A DNA stretch of 64,000 nucleotides from Cyanophora paradoxa CCMP329. Its lineage: Eukaryota > Plantae > Glaucophyta. The stretch covers positions 1 to 64,000 of the forward strand of contig QPMI01000560.1 of assembly GCA_004431415.1 (NCBI GenBank), in the 5' to 3' direction. Numbering within the stretch: position 1 is the first letter of the stretch; each line of letters starts with the position of its first letter. The translations under genes and the position numbers were made by a program. Shown here one piece after another: positions 1 to 12,800 of this stretch. The notes below the pieces were generated by a model, which saw only the letters and a list, made by a program, of their open reading frames with translations, was not told the origin of the DNA and made no database searches.

Positions 1-930
1 GACAAGTGCGACTTAACAGAACGAACGAGTGCTTACCGGGCGGCCTGACAAAGGCCCAAGCTATGTGGAGCAACGAGGCGAGGAGCAGGACATGTATTGT
101 CCAGCTGCAACCCGCCTTCACAGCTCCTACCCGGGCCACCGCCCAGGCGACTTCGACCGCATGTAGGGGACCGGCTTGCCGTCGGGTGCGGTCAGCGTCG
201 GCCCGACTCGTTCATTGCCACGGTATCGCCCTGCTCGCCGCCACTCGCCCACCCGGCTGCCGGGAAGGATGCCTCGATGCTGCTTCCCTGTTTGTGTGCC
301 GATGCTAGCGAGCTGCCGCACTGCTGGGCCCTCCCTGCTGGCACCACCGCCTCCACGTCCGTTCGCCCGAGCCGCACGTCCCCGCTGTCGCACAGCGTCC
401 GATACTGCACTACACGTTCGCTGGATGTCAGCTGCGCGGTGCTCCTGCCGGGTGCGTTGGTCGCCGTGCTAGTGCAGGGTCGCTTCTCAGGCAGGTTCGG
501 TCTGCGAGGAGGGGCCAGATTGGGTACGTCGTCACAAGCACTTGCAAAGCCGGCCGTGCACCCGCCAGGTGTTCGGGCGGGCGTCCCAGCGGTAGGAACC
601 ACCTCAGAAACGCAGCTTTATTCTTTTCCGTGGATGCGCGCGCATTGTGGACCGAGCCCGCTTATTGCAGATCGAGAGCCGCAGTCTTAGTGCCGGCACG
701 GGCGTTTCTGTCTGGTTTCGAGGGGCTGTTAAGTGTTCTTCTGTTCCAGCGGTGAAGGCTCACGGCAGGGCCGCTAGATACACGTTTCCGTCGGATACGC
801 CTTGCTTCCCCCTCGATTCCATTCACACCTAGTCTATAGTAGGCATCCCGCGCGCGCCAGGCGGTTACAGCAGCAAACCAGCTGAGTGAGGGAGCAGTTA
901 CGCTGTGTCTCTGCGCGGGCAGGCCTCAAG

Positions 931-3816
931 ATGGGTTGCGGTAGCTCCAGCGCTAGCTACGAAGTTCCGTCGCGTCGCGTGCCGGGAGCGCCGCCGCCGC
1001 CAAGAGCTCCGCCAGGGGCGTCGGGTTCATATGCCGACTTCTCGAAGCCGGCCGCCGACTATCAGAAGCCCCCGAGCCTCGCGCCCGTCCGAGTGCATCC
1101 CGAACCACCCGCCAAGCCAACTAAGGCCCCGCAAGTTCGCCTGTTTCCGCGATGCGGGCGCACGCGCCACCCTGACTTGGCCGGCAGCAGAGAAGCCGAG
1201 CAGCGAGTCGAAGCCGCCTTCCGCGGCCGTCGTCCTCGTGCCACGAAGCGGACTCCAGCGCGAGGGTCCCGGCGGCGGCGCCCGCGGACGGCGTGAGGGC
1301 GACAAGCCCTCAAAGCCGAACTCGAAGCATGCAACAGCGCGCAGGCTGCGGAGGCGGCGGCCGCGCAGGGTCCCCGCCCGCGGCAGCTGCGGCGCCTCCA
1401 GTGCGCGGCGAACCCCGTCCGTCTCCGCGGCCGCCGGCCCCGCCCCGCAGCAGCAGCCGCCGGAGCCCGCGAAGCCGAAGAAGCCCGAATCCTTCTCCAT
1501 GGCGCGGCCGCGGCACGCCAGGCGCCTGCGCCGCCCCGGCCCCGTCCCCTCCGCTCCGGAGGCCGCCCCCGCCCCTGCCCCGCCCCGCCCAGCGGCCGCC
1601 CCGCTCCGCCGGCCAAAGAGGCGACCGCGCAGCTGATTTCGCTGGCGCCGGCGGCGCCGGCGGCGTTCAGCATCCTCGACTTCCTCACGCCGGCCCCCGC
1701 CAAAGTCGTCCCAGCGGACCCCGCGGCGCCCCCGCCCCTTGAGCTCACGCTGGCGCCTGCGCCTTCGCCTGCGGCGGCCTCCTCCGGATCCCCGCCGGCC
1801 CTCGCCCCGGCGGTGACGCCGGCCCCCGGGGCGCCGGCGGGGGCCTCCTCGGCGGTGGCCTCGGCGGGCCGTGAGCGAGCTGCTGATCGTGTTCGCGTCG
1901 GTGAGCGGAACGGGAGGGCCAGGCGCGCCGCCTCCGCAGGCGGCCCTCGAGCGCGGCCTGGCCGCCGACGCGGCGCCCCTCGCCGCCGCCTTTGCCGACC
2001 CCGCCGCCCTCGCCGCCGAGCGCCGCGCCGTCCTCTTCTTCGTCAGCTCCTTCGGCGACGGCGAGCCGCCCGAGTCGGCCCAGCGCCTCTGGGCCTGGCT
2101 CTGCGACCCCGCGCGCCCCGCCAACGCCCTCGCCGGCCTCCTCTTCGGCCTCTTCGGCAACGGGAGCCGCGTCTACGACCAGTACCAGCGCTTCCCCGCC
2201 AGCTCTTCGCCGTGCGCCCCCCGCCCGCCCCGCCCCCGCCCCCCTCCCGGCTGACGCGGGGCAGAGGCTGCGGCGCTGGGGGCGGTGCCGCTGTACGCGC
2301 GCGGGGAGGCGAACGAGGCGACGATGGAGGCGGACTTCGCGGCATGGCGGGGGGCTCTGGGGCGCCCTGGCGGACCCGAAGCCCGTCCCGCCCGAGGCGG
2401 CCGGGGACCCGAGGAGGAGCCCGTGCTCGAGTGGGAGCTCGAGGCGGCCGGCCCCGGGCCCCCCTCGAGGCGCCCCTCGACGAGGCCAGGCGCCTCCAGG
2501 CCTCGGCCCTCCAGCCGGGCGAGGAGGCTGCTCGCCGCCCGCGTCCTCGAGAACCGCGAGCTTCACGGGCCCGCCTCGCCGGACAGCACGCGGCACGTGG
2601 CGCTGAGCCTCCGCCGGCCCCCGCCGCCGCCTACCGCTGCGGCTGGTACCTCGGGGTCGTCCCCGAGGCCCCGCGGGGGCCGTCGAGGCCCTCGCCGCCC
2701 GCCTCGGGCTGCCCCCCTCGCTGCTCGACGAGCCGGTCGTCCCGCGGGGGCCCGGCGTGCCCCCCGAGATCCGGGGCGTCCCGAGCACGCGGCGGGCGCT
2801 GCTGGCGCGGGCGGTGGACGTGACGAAGCCGGCGACGCGGCGGCTGCTGGCGGCGCTGGCCCCCGCCGCCTCCAACATCTTCGACAGCGAGCGCATGCGG
2901 CTGCTCTCGCGGGACGCGAAGGCCTTCGCCGCGTGGCGCGCCGCCGAGCGCCGCACGCCGCTCGAGGTGCTCAACGAGTTCGCGTCGTGCGCGCCGGGCC
3001 TCGGGCTCCTCCTCGGGGCGCTGCCGCGGGTGCGGCCGTGCCTCTACTCCATCGCCTCCTCCCCCGCCGTCGACCCCTCCACCCTCGCCGTCGCCGTCAA
3101 GGCGCGCCCCTCTCCCCCCCGCCCCTCCCCGTCTTCCTCTTACCCCCGGCGGCAGCACGTGCGGTACGCGACGGCCTCGGGGGCCGCCCACGAGGGCCTC
3201 TGCTCCGCCTTCCTCGCCCGCCTCCCCGTGGTCCGCGTCCCCCTCGCCCCGCCGAACCCGCTGGGCCGGCCTCTCTGACGTGGCGCGGGGGCAGCTGGGG
3301 GCGGCGCACGTGTTCGTGCGGCGCTCGCGCTTCGAGCCGCCGAAGGACCCCGCGACGCCCCTCCTCATGGTCGCCACGGGCTCCGGCGTCGGCCCCTTCC
3401 TCGGCTTCCTCCAGGAGCGCTCCGCGGGGCGCGGCGCGGGGCGCGGCGCGGGCCCCGCGGCGCTGGTGCTGGGCGCGCGCAGCGAGGCGGAGCTGCTCTA
3501 CCGCGACGAGCTCGCCGAGCTGCGGGGGGAGGGCACGCTGGCCTCCCTGCACCCGCCCTCTCGCGGCAGCCGGGCGCCCCCGCGCCTACGTGCAGCACCG
3601 CCTCGGGGAGGAGGCCCTCGCCCGAGAGGCGGCCGCCCTCGTCGCCGGCGGGGGCGCGGTCTACGTCTGCGGCTCGGGCGCCGGCGCATGCCGAGGCCGT
3701 GCGCGCCGCCCTCGCCGCCGCCCTCGCCGCCCACGGGCCGCGGGAGCCCCGCCGAGGGCGAGGCCCTCGTCGCCCGCATGCGCGCCGAGGGCCGCTACAA
3801 GGAGGACTGCTGGTGA
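931..3816 (+). CDS. Diflavin (FMN/FAD/NADPH) oxidoreductase, CPR/NOS-reductase-like, with N-terminal MGCGSS acylation motif and Pro-rich linker (multi-exon)
   Basis: ATG at 931 (MGCGSSSA). Flavodoxin motifs LLIVFASVSGT, FFVSSFGDGEPPESA, FGLFGNGSRVYDQY. FAD motifs NRELHG..STRHVAL, RPCLYSIASSP, GLCSAFL. NADPH motifs MVATGSGVGPFLGFLQER, LGARSEAELLYRDEL, YVQH, VYVCG. Ends EGRYKEDCW* at 3816. Some frameshifts in GC runs. Confidence 0.9.
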
Positions 3817-4507
3817 CCGCCCCGGCGCGGCCCCCTCTCTCTTCTCATAAGGCTTCGTCTCCATCTCTCCCCCGCTGCCAGGTGTACAATTTCACGCGTT
3901 ACTCGGGGCTCAGCCCGTGTAAGTGACTTTTAGGGCTTAGTAATCTAGATAAGGCCGCATAGAGGCTACCAGTGATCATGTCAAGTGTTGTGAGCTGTTT
4001 CATCATCTGATGGTCCGATGATCCGGCAGTGTTGAGTGTTTCCAGTTGATCAGATTGCAGGTGCCTTCGAGGTTGAAGGCTTCAAATTGCAAAGGCAGTT
4101 TCTCAGTATCTGAGCTACAGTAGCCGCTGAGCCACAGGCCCACAGTAGCCTAGTAGATCATGGGATCGTTGTTCGTGAACTCTGCAATGATCATGAGTAC
4201 TTCTTGTGAATGTGTTCGTGTCTCAATGTGTGTGAATACGACTTAGCCTTCAGGCTTCAGAAATTCAGCCCCTGGCAGCCGGCATCCTGGCAGGCCGGGC
4301 TTCAAGGCTTCAAGGCTTGTGAATCAGCCTGGCAGTTGTGATCGGAGCCATGATCAGTGTCTAAATTAGTTACCTCCACCAGACGTAAGCGGTGCCACCG
4401 TGGCAACGAGGCACGGTGCGATTTAGCACGGAAATCATTCACGTGCACGAGACTAGTACTCGAGGCAGTAGACCGGATCAAGTACGAGCACGGAGCTAAA
4501 GACGAGG

Positions 4508-6444
4508 CTAGCGGGCCGGCGGGGGCGGGGCGGGCTACCGGGAGGCGGCGGTGGCGAGGGGTCGCCCAGCGGGCCCCCGCCCCCGCCCCCGCCCCGCTCC
4601 CGCCGTGGCGAGGCGCGCCGCCGAGCCGCGCTCCGGCGTTCCCGCCCCGCTCCCCGTCGGCGTGCCCCCCGGCGGGGCGGGGGCGGGCGCGAGGGCGGGG
4701 CCGCGGGCGGAGGTGGGGCCCGGGCGGCGTTGGCGTAGGGGAGGAGGCGGCCCTGGGGCCGGGGCGAGGGGAGGCCGCGGTTCGCCGCCGCCCGCTCCGT
4801 CGCGAACTCGAACGGCCGCGGCCTGGCCCGCGTCAGCCGCCACCTCGCGGGGCCGGGGCGCGCGGGGCGGGGCGGGGCCGGCTCACTTGGTGAGGGGCGA
4901 GCGGGAGTCGGTGGGGAGGATGGCGGGCCGCCCCCGGCGCGGCTCCCTCGCGTTGCCGGGGCGACGAGGAGCGGGCCGGGGAGTGCCGCCCCGTGGCCGT
5001 CCCGCCGGGCCCGAGCGGCCCGAACGAGCCGCCCATCGACTCGGCGAGGGACGGCGACCGCCGCCCGCTCGCCCCCAGCGCCTCCTCCCGCCCGCCCCCG
5101 CCCCCGCCCCGCCCCCGCCCCGCCGCTCGGCGGGGCGCGGCGGAGGACTGGGGCCGGGGGAGGGCCCCGGGAGGGCGTTGCGAGTGGAGGGGCGGGCCCC
5201 TCGAGGGGGTTCCGGTCCCCTCCACGCCCGCCACCCACGCCCCCGTCAGCGTCAGCGGCGCCGGCGCCTCGACGCCTCCGCCCCCGCCCCCGCCTCCGCC
5301 GCCGGCGCCTGCTCGGCCGGCTGGGGGGCCTCGCCCCGGGCGCTCGGCGGGCCGAGGCGCGCTCGCGCTCGCCGGGCGGTCGGGCCGCGCCGGCGGAGGC
5401 GGGGGCGTCGGCGAGGCGGGAGCCCGAGGGGCGGCGGGAGGGCGGCTCGGGGGCCGGGGCGGGGGCCGGCGCCGCCCAGTCGCTCGCGACGAAGCGGGCG
5501 GGGGCAGCGGCCCCAGGTGGAAGGCCGCGTTGTGCGGGGGATGAACTCCGGGGGATCGCCGACGGGTCCGCCACGACCAGCGGGCCCAGCGAGGGCCCCG
5601 CCGCCGCCGCCGCCGCCGCCGCCCCGCCCGCTCCGCCTCCCTCCCCCGCGCCCGCCCTCGGCCTGCGCACCCGTCAGCGGCGAGCCTTCGGGAACGGGGG
5701 GCGAGGCCCGCACCCCGCCGGCGACTTCTGCTGCCGGGGCGCGCAGAGCGAGTTAGCGGGAGAGGCGAGGGGCGCGCAGGGGACCGGGCCGACCGTGGTT
5801 CGAGGCCTGCGGGGTTGGAGCACGGCGGTCAGCGTGTGACAGGGGCGCGGCCAGCGGCGGGTTCGCCCGCACCCGGCACCGGACTGGGGCCTGTCGCGGA
5901 GACTCCTCCGGGACGACTGCGGCGCGGGGGTCAGCTCGCCCTCGCGTCGGGCGGCCCGAGAAGGCAGCGACGCACCTGCTTTCTTGCTAGCTCTGCGGCC
6001 AGCTGGAACTGCATGCTCACTTCGTCCTCTGTCTCCTTCGGTTTCTGGGGCGCGGGTCGGGCGCGAAGCGCTAGCCCGATTGAGCTCCCGCACCTGTAGC
6101 TTCATGAACTGTCCCTTGATATAGCAGCAGCCTTCCACGATCTTCTGCCCTGTGAACTGGTCGTACTGCACAGGCGAGGGGCAGCCTCAGCCGGCGCTGC
6201 GATCTCAGCGCGCCCAGGCCCGGCGCAGGGAGCGTCGCATCCTGCACAGCCGGCGCACCTCCGGAAGGAGCGTCGCATCCTGCAGGGCCGCTTTGGGAAA
6301 GTCCTTCGCCTTGGCCTTGTCTCGTTTTACATAGCTAATGTGCAGCGTCTTCTGCCCAGCCTTGGGGCTCTTCTTCGCGCTATCAAGGAGCTGCGTAAAC
6401 GCCTGTATATGCGACTCGGAGGGCTGTCGGGGCGTCTGAGCCAT
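4508..6444 (-). CDS. Hypothetical protein with long Pro/Ala/Arg-rich tail (multi-exon; 3' end uncertain)
   Basis: ATG 6444 MAQTPRQPSESHIQAFTQLLDSAKK. GT-AG introns join YDQFTGQKIVEGCCYIKGQFMKLQ and KPKETEDEVSMQFQLAAELARKQ in frame. A PRPFEFATERAA motif lies near 4800. Confidence 0.55.
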
Positions 6445-6610
6445 GGTCGCTGAGCGCTAAGGTGCCTAAACAAATTTGCCAGTTACTACACTTCTCCCAT
6501 GGACGTACAGAGTCCGGCGAGGCCGCAGGCGCTGAGATCGGAAGTCTTTGGGGGGTACAGCTCGTCGCAGACTCCGGTGCGGCATCGGAGCAGCTCGTAG
6601 AACCCAAACA

Positions 6611-6944
6611 ATGGCATACCGCGGGTCACACCCTGGCTTGAAGCTTGAGGCGTTCAAGTTCGGCCTGTGCTTCGGCATCCCGTTCGCCCTCGTCGCTGCC
6701 TTCAGCAACGCCGATTTCTACGAGTATGTGATGAAGAAGGTGCGCTGCCGCCGCGTATCTCGCGCCCCGCCGCACCTTAGGTCACGCGCTGAACTCGCGT
6801 GCCCGGCAGACGCAATACCTCGTCTTCCCGCCGGAGCAGAACCGCGACCTCCTGCAGCAGCACATGATGGAGCACAATTTGGCAGCGATGGAAAGGCGGC
6901 GCGAGAAGGAGGCGGGCACGGATGCGGCGAAGTCTTCTGCGTGA
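6611..6944 (+). CDS. PET100: Cytochrome c oxidase assembly factor PET100-like
   Basis: Two exons, intron 6740-6809 (GT-AG): MAYRGSHPGLKLEAFKFGLCFGIPFALVAAFSNADFYEYVMKK|TQYLVFPPEQ...SSA*. Has the LE-x-F-K-F motif, one TM segment and YxVxPxE typical of PET100. Confidence 0.75.
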
Positions 6945-7233
6945 GGACCAGCAGCTTCCAGCTTTCCTCGGCGGGCGCGGCCGTACGCGCGGAGCGGCTG
7001 CGCTTCTATCCTGGACGTCCAAACAACGCCATCCGCATCGGCTCATCGGCTGCTCGAGTCGTTTCCGGCCTGCAGGCCCCCGCGTCATCCTCTGCTCTCC
7101 CCCGCTTTTCCCTCTGCGCTTCTTCCCCGATGTAAATCATCTGTTCTGCGTACATATATATGATACACGGTAACGTCCTGCGCTCTGAGGCCGCGGGGCA
7201 GCCCCCTCCTATCTACGCTGGCCGCGGGGCGCC

Positions 7234-9860
7234 TCAGGGGCTGAACTTGGCGGAGAGGCCTCGCCGCTGCCCCTGCTCGGAGCGCATGTCCCGCAGCAGC
7301 GCCTTCGCCTCCTCCTTCTCCTGCGGCGCGCGGCTCGGAGGCCGCGGGGGCGGGCGGGGCGGGAGGGGGCGGACGGGGCCGGCGTAGTCGAGGAGGCGGG
7401 AGCAGTAGGCCTCGGCGGCCTTGAGGTCGCCGCGGGCGCGGTGGAAGTTGGCGAGGAAGAGCAGCGCCTCCACCGTCTCCTGCCCGTCCAGCTGCCCCGC
7501 CCTCTCAACGCCCCGCCCGCCCCGGCGCCCCGCCCCGCCCCGCCCCGCCCTCGCCGCACCTCCTCGGCGTCCCGCTTGTCGAGGTTGCGCTTGTAGTAGA
7601 AGGCCGCCTTGTCCGCCATGTTCAGCTGCTTGCAGTACAGCCGCGCCAGCTTCGAGAGCGCGATCCCCTCCCGGTCCTGCCGGCCCCCGCCCCCGGTGAG
7701 GCGCGGCGAGGGGGACAGGGGCGGGGGGAGGGGAGGCGGACGGAGTGGCACTCGGCGCGCTCGTAGCACTTGATGGCCTCGTGCCATCGCTGCATCTTCT
7801 CGTAGCAGTCCGCCATCGCGCACCACATCCGCGCGTCGTACGGCCTGCACCCGCCGCCCCGCCCCGCCCGCTCGGCCTCGCCCCCCGGGCCCGGCGGTCT
7901 GTGTGCGGGGCGGGGGCGGCACCGGAGGGTGGTGGCCTTCCTGTAGTAGTAGAGGGCGTAGAAGGGCATGTGCAGGAGCTCGTAGGTCTGCCCGAGGCCG
8001 TACCACGCCCGGTAGTCCCGCGCGTTGATGTCTGCCCGAGGAGTGAGGAGGGGGGGAGGTCGGCGTGGGAGGGGGGCGAGGGGGGGAGCGCACCGACGGC
8101 GGTGCGATAGGCGTGGATGGCTGCCGGCGTGTTCTGCGCGCGCTTCAGGCGGGGCGGGGCGGAGGCGAGGGACGTAGATGCGGGGAGGGCGCGCCTTCAT
8201 CTCGACGTACTCGTGGCCCATGAGGGTCCAGGCGGAGAGGTAGTTGCGGTTGAGGCGAAGCGCCCGCTGGAAGTAGATCACCGCCTTCTCGTGCTGGCCC
8301 CGCAGGCTGTAGTAGTTCCCTGCGGCGCGCCCCGCTCGGGCGCGGCGCGGGGCGACGCAAGGCGGGGCGGGGGGGCGGGGGCGGACCGACGATGCAGCAG
8401 GTCTCGGGGCGGTACTTGTCGAGCTGGGTGGCGGTGTGGGCGAGGAAGGAGAGCGGCGCGCGGCTCTCCTGCGCGGCGGTGAGGGGGGGAGGGAAGGGGG
8501 CGGCGCGGGGGCGGGCCTTGACGTAGAGGATGTTGGAGTAGATGTCCATGCCGTCCAGGCGGCACGGCTCCCGCTTCACCAGCTCCTCGAATTCCTCCTG
8601 CGCCTCATCGAACTCTGCCCCGCCCCGACCCCTCAGCGGTGGCGCCGCGGCGCGGGGCGGGGCGGGGCGGGGCGGACCGCGCTGGTTGTACTTGGCGATG
8701 GCGGTCTGCGCCAGGAGGTAGTTCGAGAGGGGGAAGAGCTGCTGCAGCGACTCGTACAGCGCGAGGCTCTCCTGCGGGGCCGTCAGCGCGGGGCCGGCGC
8801 CGCGGGCGGGGCGGGGAGGGCGCGCCTCGCTGTTCTGGAACTCGAGGGCGACGTGGGCGAGGAACATGTCCTTCATGTACTCCGGCTTGCTCCCCGCCCC
8901 CGCCAGCAGCTCCGCCTGCCCCCGCCCCCGCCCCGCCCCGTCGGTCCCCCGCTAGACGCACGCCGCGGCCGCCGCACCGTCTGCCGGTCGGGGCACAGCG
9001 CCGCCAGCTCGAGCCACGCCGACCAGTTCCACGGGTACGCGTCGATGGACGCCACGAGCACGTCTCGCGCCTGCGCCTTGTGCTCCGATTCTTTCAGGAC
9101 GACCCCGTACCTGCCCCGCGCGTCACCGCGGCCGAGCGGAGCCGCAGAGCGGCGGAGGGGCGCACAAGTACAAGTTGAAGCCGTCAAGCTGGTTAAGCTT
9201 GTGCGCCTCGCCGAGCTCCGCGGACAGCGCCGCGAGCTCTCCGTTGACGACGTCCGACTTCGTCTGAGCCGCCGCTGCCCCCGCGAAAAACCGCCATGAG
9301 CCGAGCGCGAAGTCGCCCCCCGGCTGGCGCGCCGCACCTGTGAGCTCTGCGACCTCCTCCTCCTTCCGCTTCTCGCCCGCCTGCGCGCTCCGGCGGCTCA
9401 GCGGGCACAGGTTGCGAGGCGCGCCCCATGCGCACGAGGTAGAGCGCGTAGCCGCGAAGAAACGTGCACTTCTGACTCCTGCATCCTTTTAGCGCGTGCC
9501 CCGCGCGCTTGAACTCCTTCAGCTCGAAGTAGCTTCGCGCCATCAGGAACTTGTCCTCCTCAAGCTCGTCCGCGATCGGCTCGTCCTCGAGCGCTGGCGA
9601 CGGTGCGTGTGGAGGAACGCCCACGGTCCCAATGCCTGCTGCTTGCTCCGACGCCCTGCACGGCGGCCGCACGTCAGCCGGGCGCCGCCGCGGGCCGGTT
9701 GGAGCGCTACGCGCCATTTTGCAGACTGGTAGAGGCCGCGCTCTAAGAGCTGCTTTGCAGCGAGCCGGAGCTCGGCCTTGACCGTGCGCGGCTCGAACGA
9801 CATCGGATTCGGGCGGGAAGACAGCGCCGCCTTCAAATTGTTTGTGTTCGTGTACCCCAT
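7234..9860 (-). CDS. CDC23: Anaphase-promoting complex subunit 8 (TPR protein), multi-exon
   Basis: Motifs [67 protein letters not shown]|[30 protein letters not shown]. Start is ATG 9860 or 9803. Confidence 0.95.
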
Positions 9861-9873
9861 CGCGATCCGCGCG

Positions 9874-12800
9874 ATGGCCGAGGCCGCCGAGGGCGCGGCG
9901 GAAGCCATGGAGATCGATACGGGAGGCGTGTGGCAAGAAGCTGGCCCGCCCCCGGAGACCAAGAAGCTCCTCGATGCTCCAGCATTCAAGCAGCTCGCGC
10001 CACCGACTCGGCCGCCCAAGCGAGCCCGCACGGAGCCTATTAAGGGCTTCGATCAAGCGGAAGAGCCCGAAACCGATTCCGATGCCGTTTCGCGGAAGAC
10101 GAAGCGAACGCCCATTACGCTCAAGCCGATGGTCAAGCCGGCAGTATTCGCGAAGAAGTCGTTCGACGGTCTACTCCGGGCGCAGCCAGCGCCTCGGAAG
10201 GATCAAGAGCAGCCTAAAGAGCTCATCAAGAAGGATACGAGCACTCCGTGGATGGGCAACAGCCGGCTAGGGGTCACCCGAGCACAGGCGCGTTCACATC
10301 ACTCTCGCGGGCATTCTGGCGCTAAAAGACACGCAGGCATATATCGACAACATTCTTAAACAGCTAGTAGACGAGACTCGGAAGCGTAGAGCCGAGGGCA
10401 ACGACATTTCTCCGCGACAGCACAAGGTTTGTTTATTCCTTCCTTTTCGCAACCGCCCCTCCATCCCGCGTCCTGCCATTCTTGTTCTAAATCGAGCACG
10501 TTTATTATTTTAAAAGTCTAACTCGTCAATAGAAGATTTCGATGCGTTCTACCGCGCATTTTCCTTTTGATGCCCCAGCCCCTCCCTCGTCTTTTCCACT
10601 GGGCATTTCGATCTAATTCGCCGCCACTGCCTTTCTTGTGCATGGGTATCGCTTCCGATAGATTTATTGAGCGTATGACGGCCCTGCAATTGCGGGTGCC
10701 ATGTCCGCAACCTAGAATTTGTCTCCCTTGGGTTGAATTCACACGATGCCGTCCTTGGCCCTCCGCGCTGACATCCACCGCCACCGCAGCATTTGAAGAC
10801 GCTTATACGGCAACGAAGAATCGAAAACCTCGCAGTCGGTGCGCCCGATGACCCGCTGATCGCGGCGGGTTTCCGGGGGGGTGGGGGCGGTTTCTGAGCG
10901 CCACGGCCGCAGTCGAGCGGCACCGGGGCCAGAAGCGAAAGGAGGCTGAGTTGTTTGGCTTGCGGCCGTCCCTGATCATCAACCTGTACCCTCGGGGCTT
11001 CTCCCTCGACAACGTCGTGCGCACGAGCCGCCCGTGCCCCTTTTGGCCTCGGTCCGGGCGAGCGGGGGCGGGGCGGCAGGAGCTGAAGCCGTACGACCGG
11101 ACGACGCGGGACTTCCTGCGGACGCTGGACGCGGGGCGGCTGCCGCCGGGCTTCGTGGACTTCAACATGCCGGTCGTCTTCTACGACGGCTGCCTTATCC
11201 TCGAAATCCGCGACTTCCGCCGCGTGCCCCGCAAGCACGACGCCCGGCCCCTCGTCCGCCGCCGCATCCTCCGCCCCGCCACCCAGTCCCTCCACGCCGG
11301 CCCGCCCGCCCCCCGCCCCGCCCCCGCGCCGGCCCGCCCCTGCTGACGCGCGCGCAGACGTCGAGCTGCTGCTCAAGAAGTACGGGCAGTACACGCAGGG
11401 GCCGCCGAGCGAGGAGGACCGCATCAAGATCGAGCAGCGCATCCTCGTGCGCCCCGCCCCGCCCCGCCCGTCCCGCCGGGCGCCACGGCCGACGCGGAGG
11501 CAGCTCTCGACGGCGGAGCCGCTATGCCTGGAGCCGATGCCCGAGGTCTCGCGCATCGCCAACATCCTCCACTTCAACCGCCTCAAGGGCAACGTCAAGG
11601 CCCCGCCCCTCGCGCCCATCTGCGGGCCGCAGCCTCCTCCGCCCCTGCCCCGCGAGCCGCCTCAGCCCGAGCGGCCCTACGCGCGCCAGGTGCGCCCCGC
11701 TGCCGCCGCCCGCCCGCCGGCCGCTGGCCGACGCGGCCCCGCAGGTGGTGCCGCGCATGACCCCCAACCGGGAGCAGCTTCTCGCAGTGCGCTGCCTGCA
11801 CCCGCGCGCCCCGGGGCCCCGCGCTGACGCTGGCGCAGCAACAGCAGCTGCGGCAGCGGCAGCAGGCGGGGGCGACGCGGGGCCACGCGGCGCAGGGCCG
11901 CTCGCAGCAGGAGACGTACCGGCAGCTGCTGGCGTACTTCGAGAACGACGGGCGGGCGGCGCCGCTGCCGTACCCGCGGGAGCTGATCGACCGGCTGATG
12001 GACGGGATCCCCGGGCGGCCGCGGGACCTCCCGCACACCGCCATCTCCGTGCCCCGCCGCACCCGCCGCATCGCCGGGCCCTCCCTCTTCGGCCACGGCC
12101 ACGACCAGGTCCCCCCCATGGCCCCCGTCCCCATCCCCCAGCCCCCCGCGCCCCCGGCCCCTCCCCCGGCCGCCCCCGCTCCCGGCGCCCCCGCCCCCGC
12201 CTCAGGGGCGCCCCTCCCCTCCGCCCCCTCGACGGCCTCGTTGCCAGCGATCGCCGCGACGGCCGCCACGGCCGCCGCGCCGTCGGTGACGCCACTGGTG
12301 CCGGTGCAGGCGCCGGTCGGCGCGCGCCCCGGCGAGGAGGAGTTCACGAAGCGAATCCTGTACTACGGCAACGCCTGGCACAAGCGCGTCGACGACAAGA
12401 AGCCCAAGGGTGCGCGCCCCCGGCGCCGCGTTTCATTTCGGTGCCCCGCGCGCCGACGCCGGCGCGCGCAGGCCCCGGGAGTGTGCCGCAGCCGCACGCG
12501 GTGAGCCACACGTGCACCTGCGTCTGCTGCAAGGCCGCGACGGGCGGGAAGGCGGTGCCGGCGGAGGTGCAGGGCCCGCACAACAAGGTGGTCCCCATGC
12601 GGGCGGAGCTCGCCCAGATGGCCAACCCCCCCATCAACGTCGTCTCCGTCAACTTCCACACCAAGCGCAGTGCGCCGCCCCGCCGCCCCGCCCCGCCCCG
12701 CCCGTGCCGGGGCCGACGCGGGGCGGCAGACACGTTCTTCGGGCTGGAGATCGGGGGCCGGCTCTACTCGGGCTTCACGGCGCACCTGACGGTGTGCGAG

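Noticed and set aside
1-900. Several 60-200 aa ORFs upstream of the reductase; a divergent minus-strand gene would fit the orientation pattern
   Set aside because: No recognisable motif or convincing splice chain, so no call is supported.
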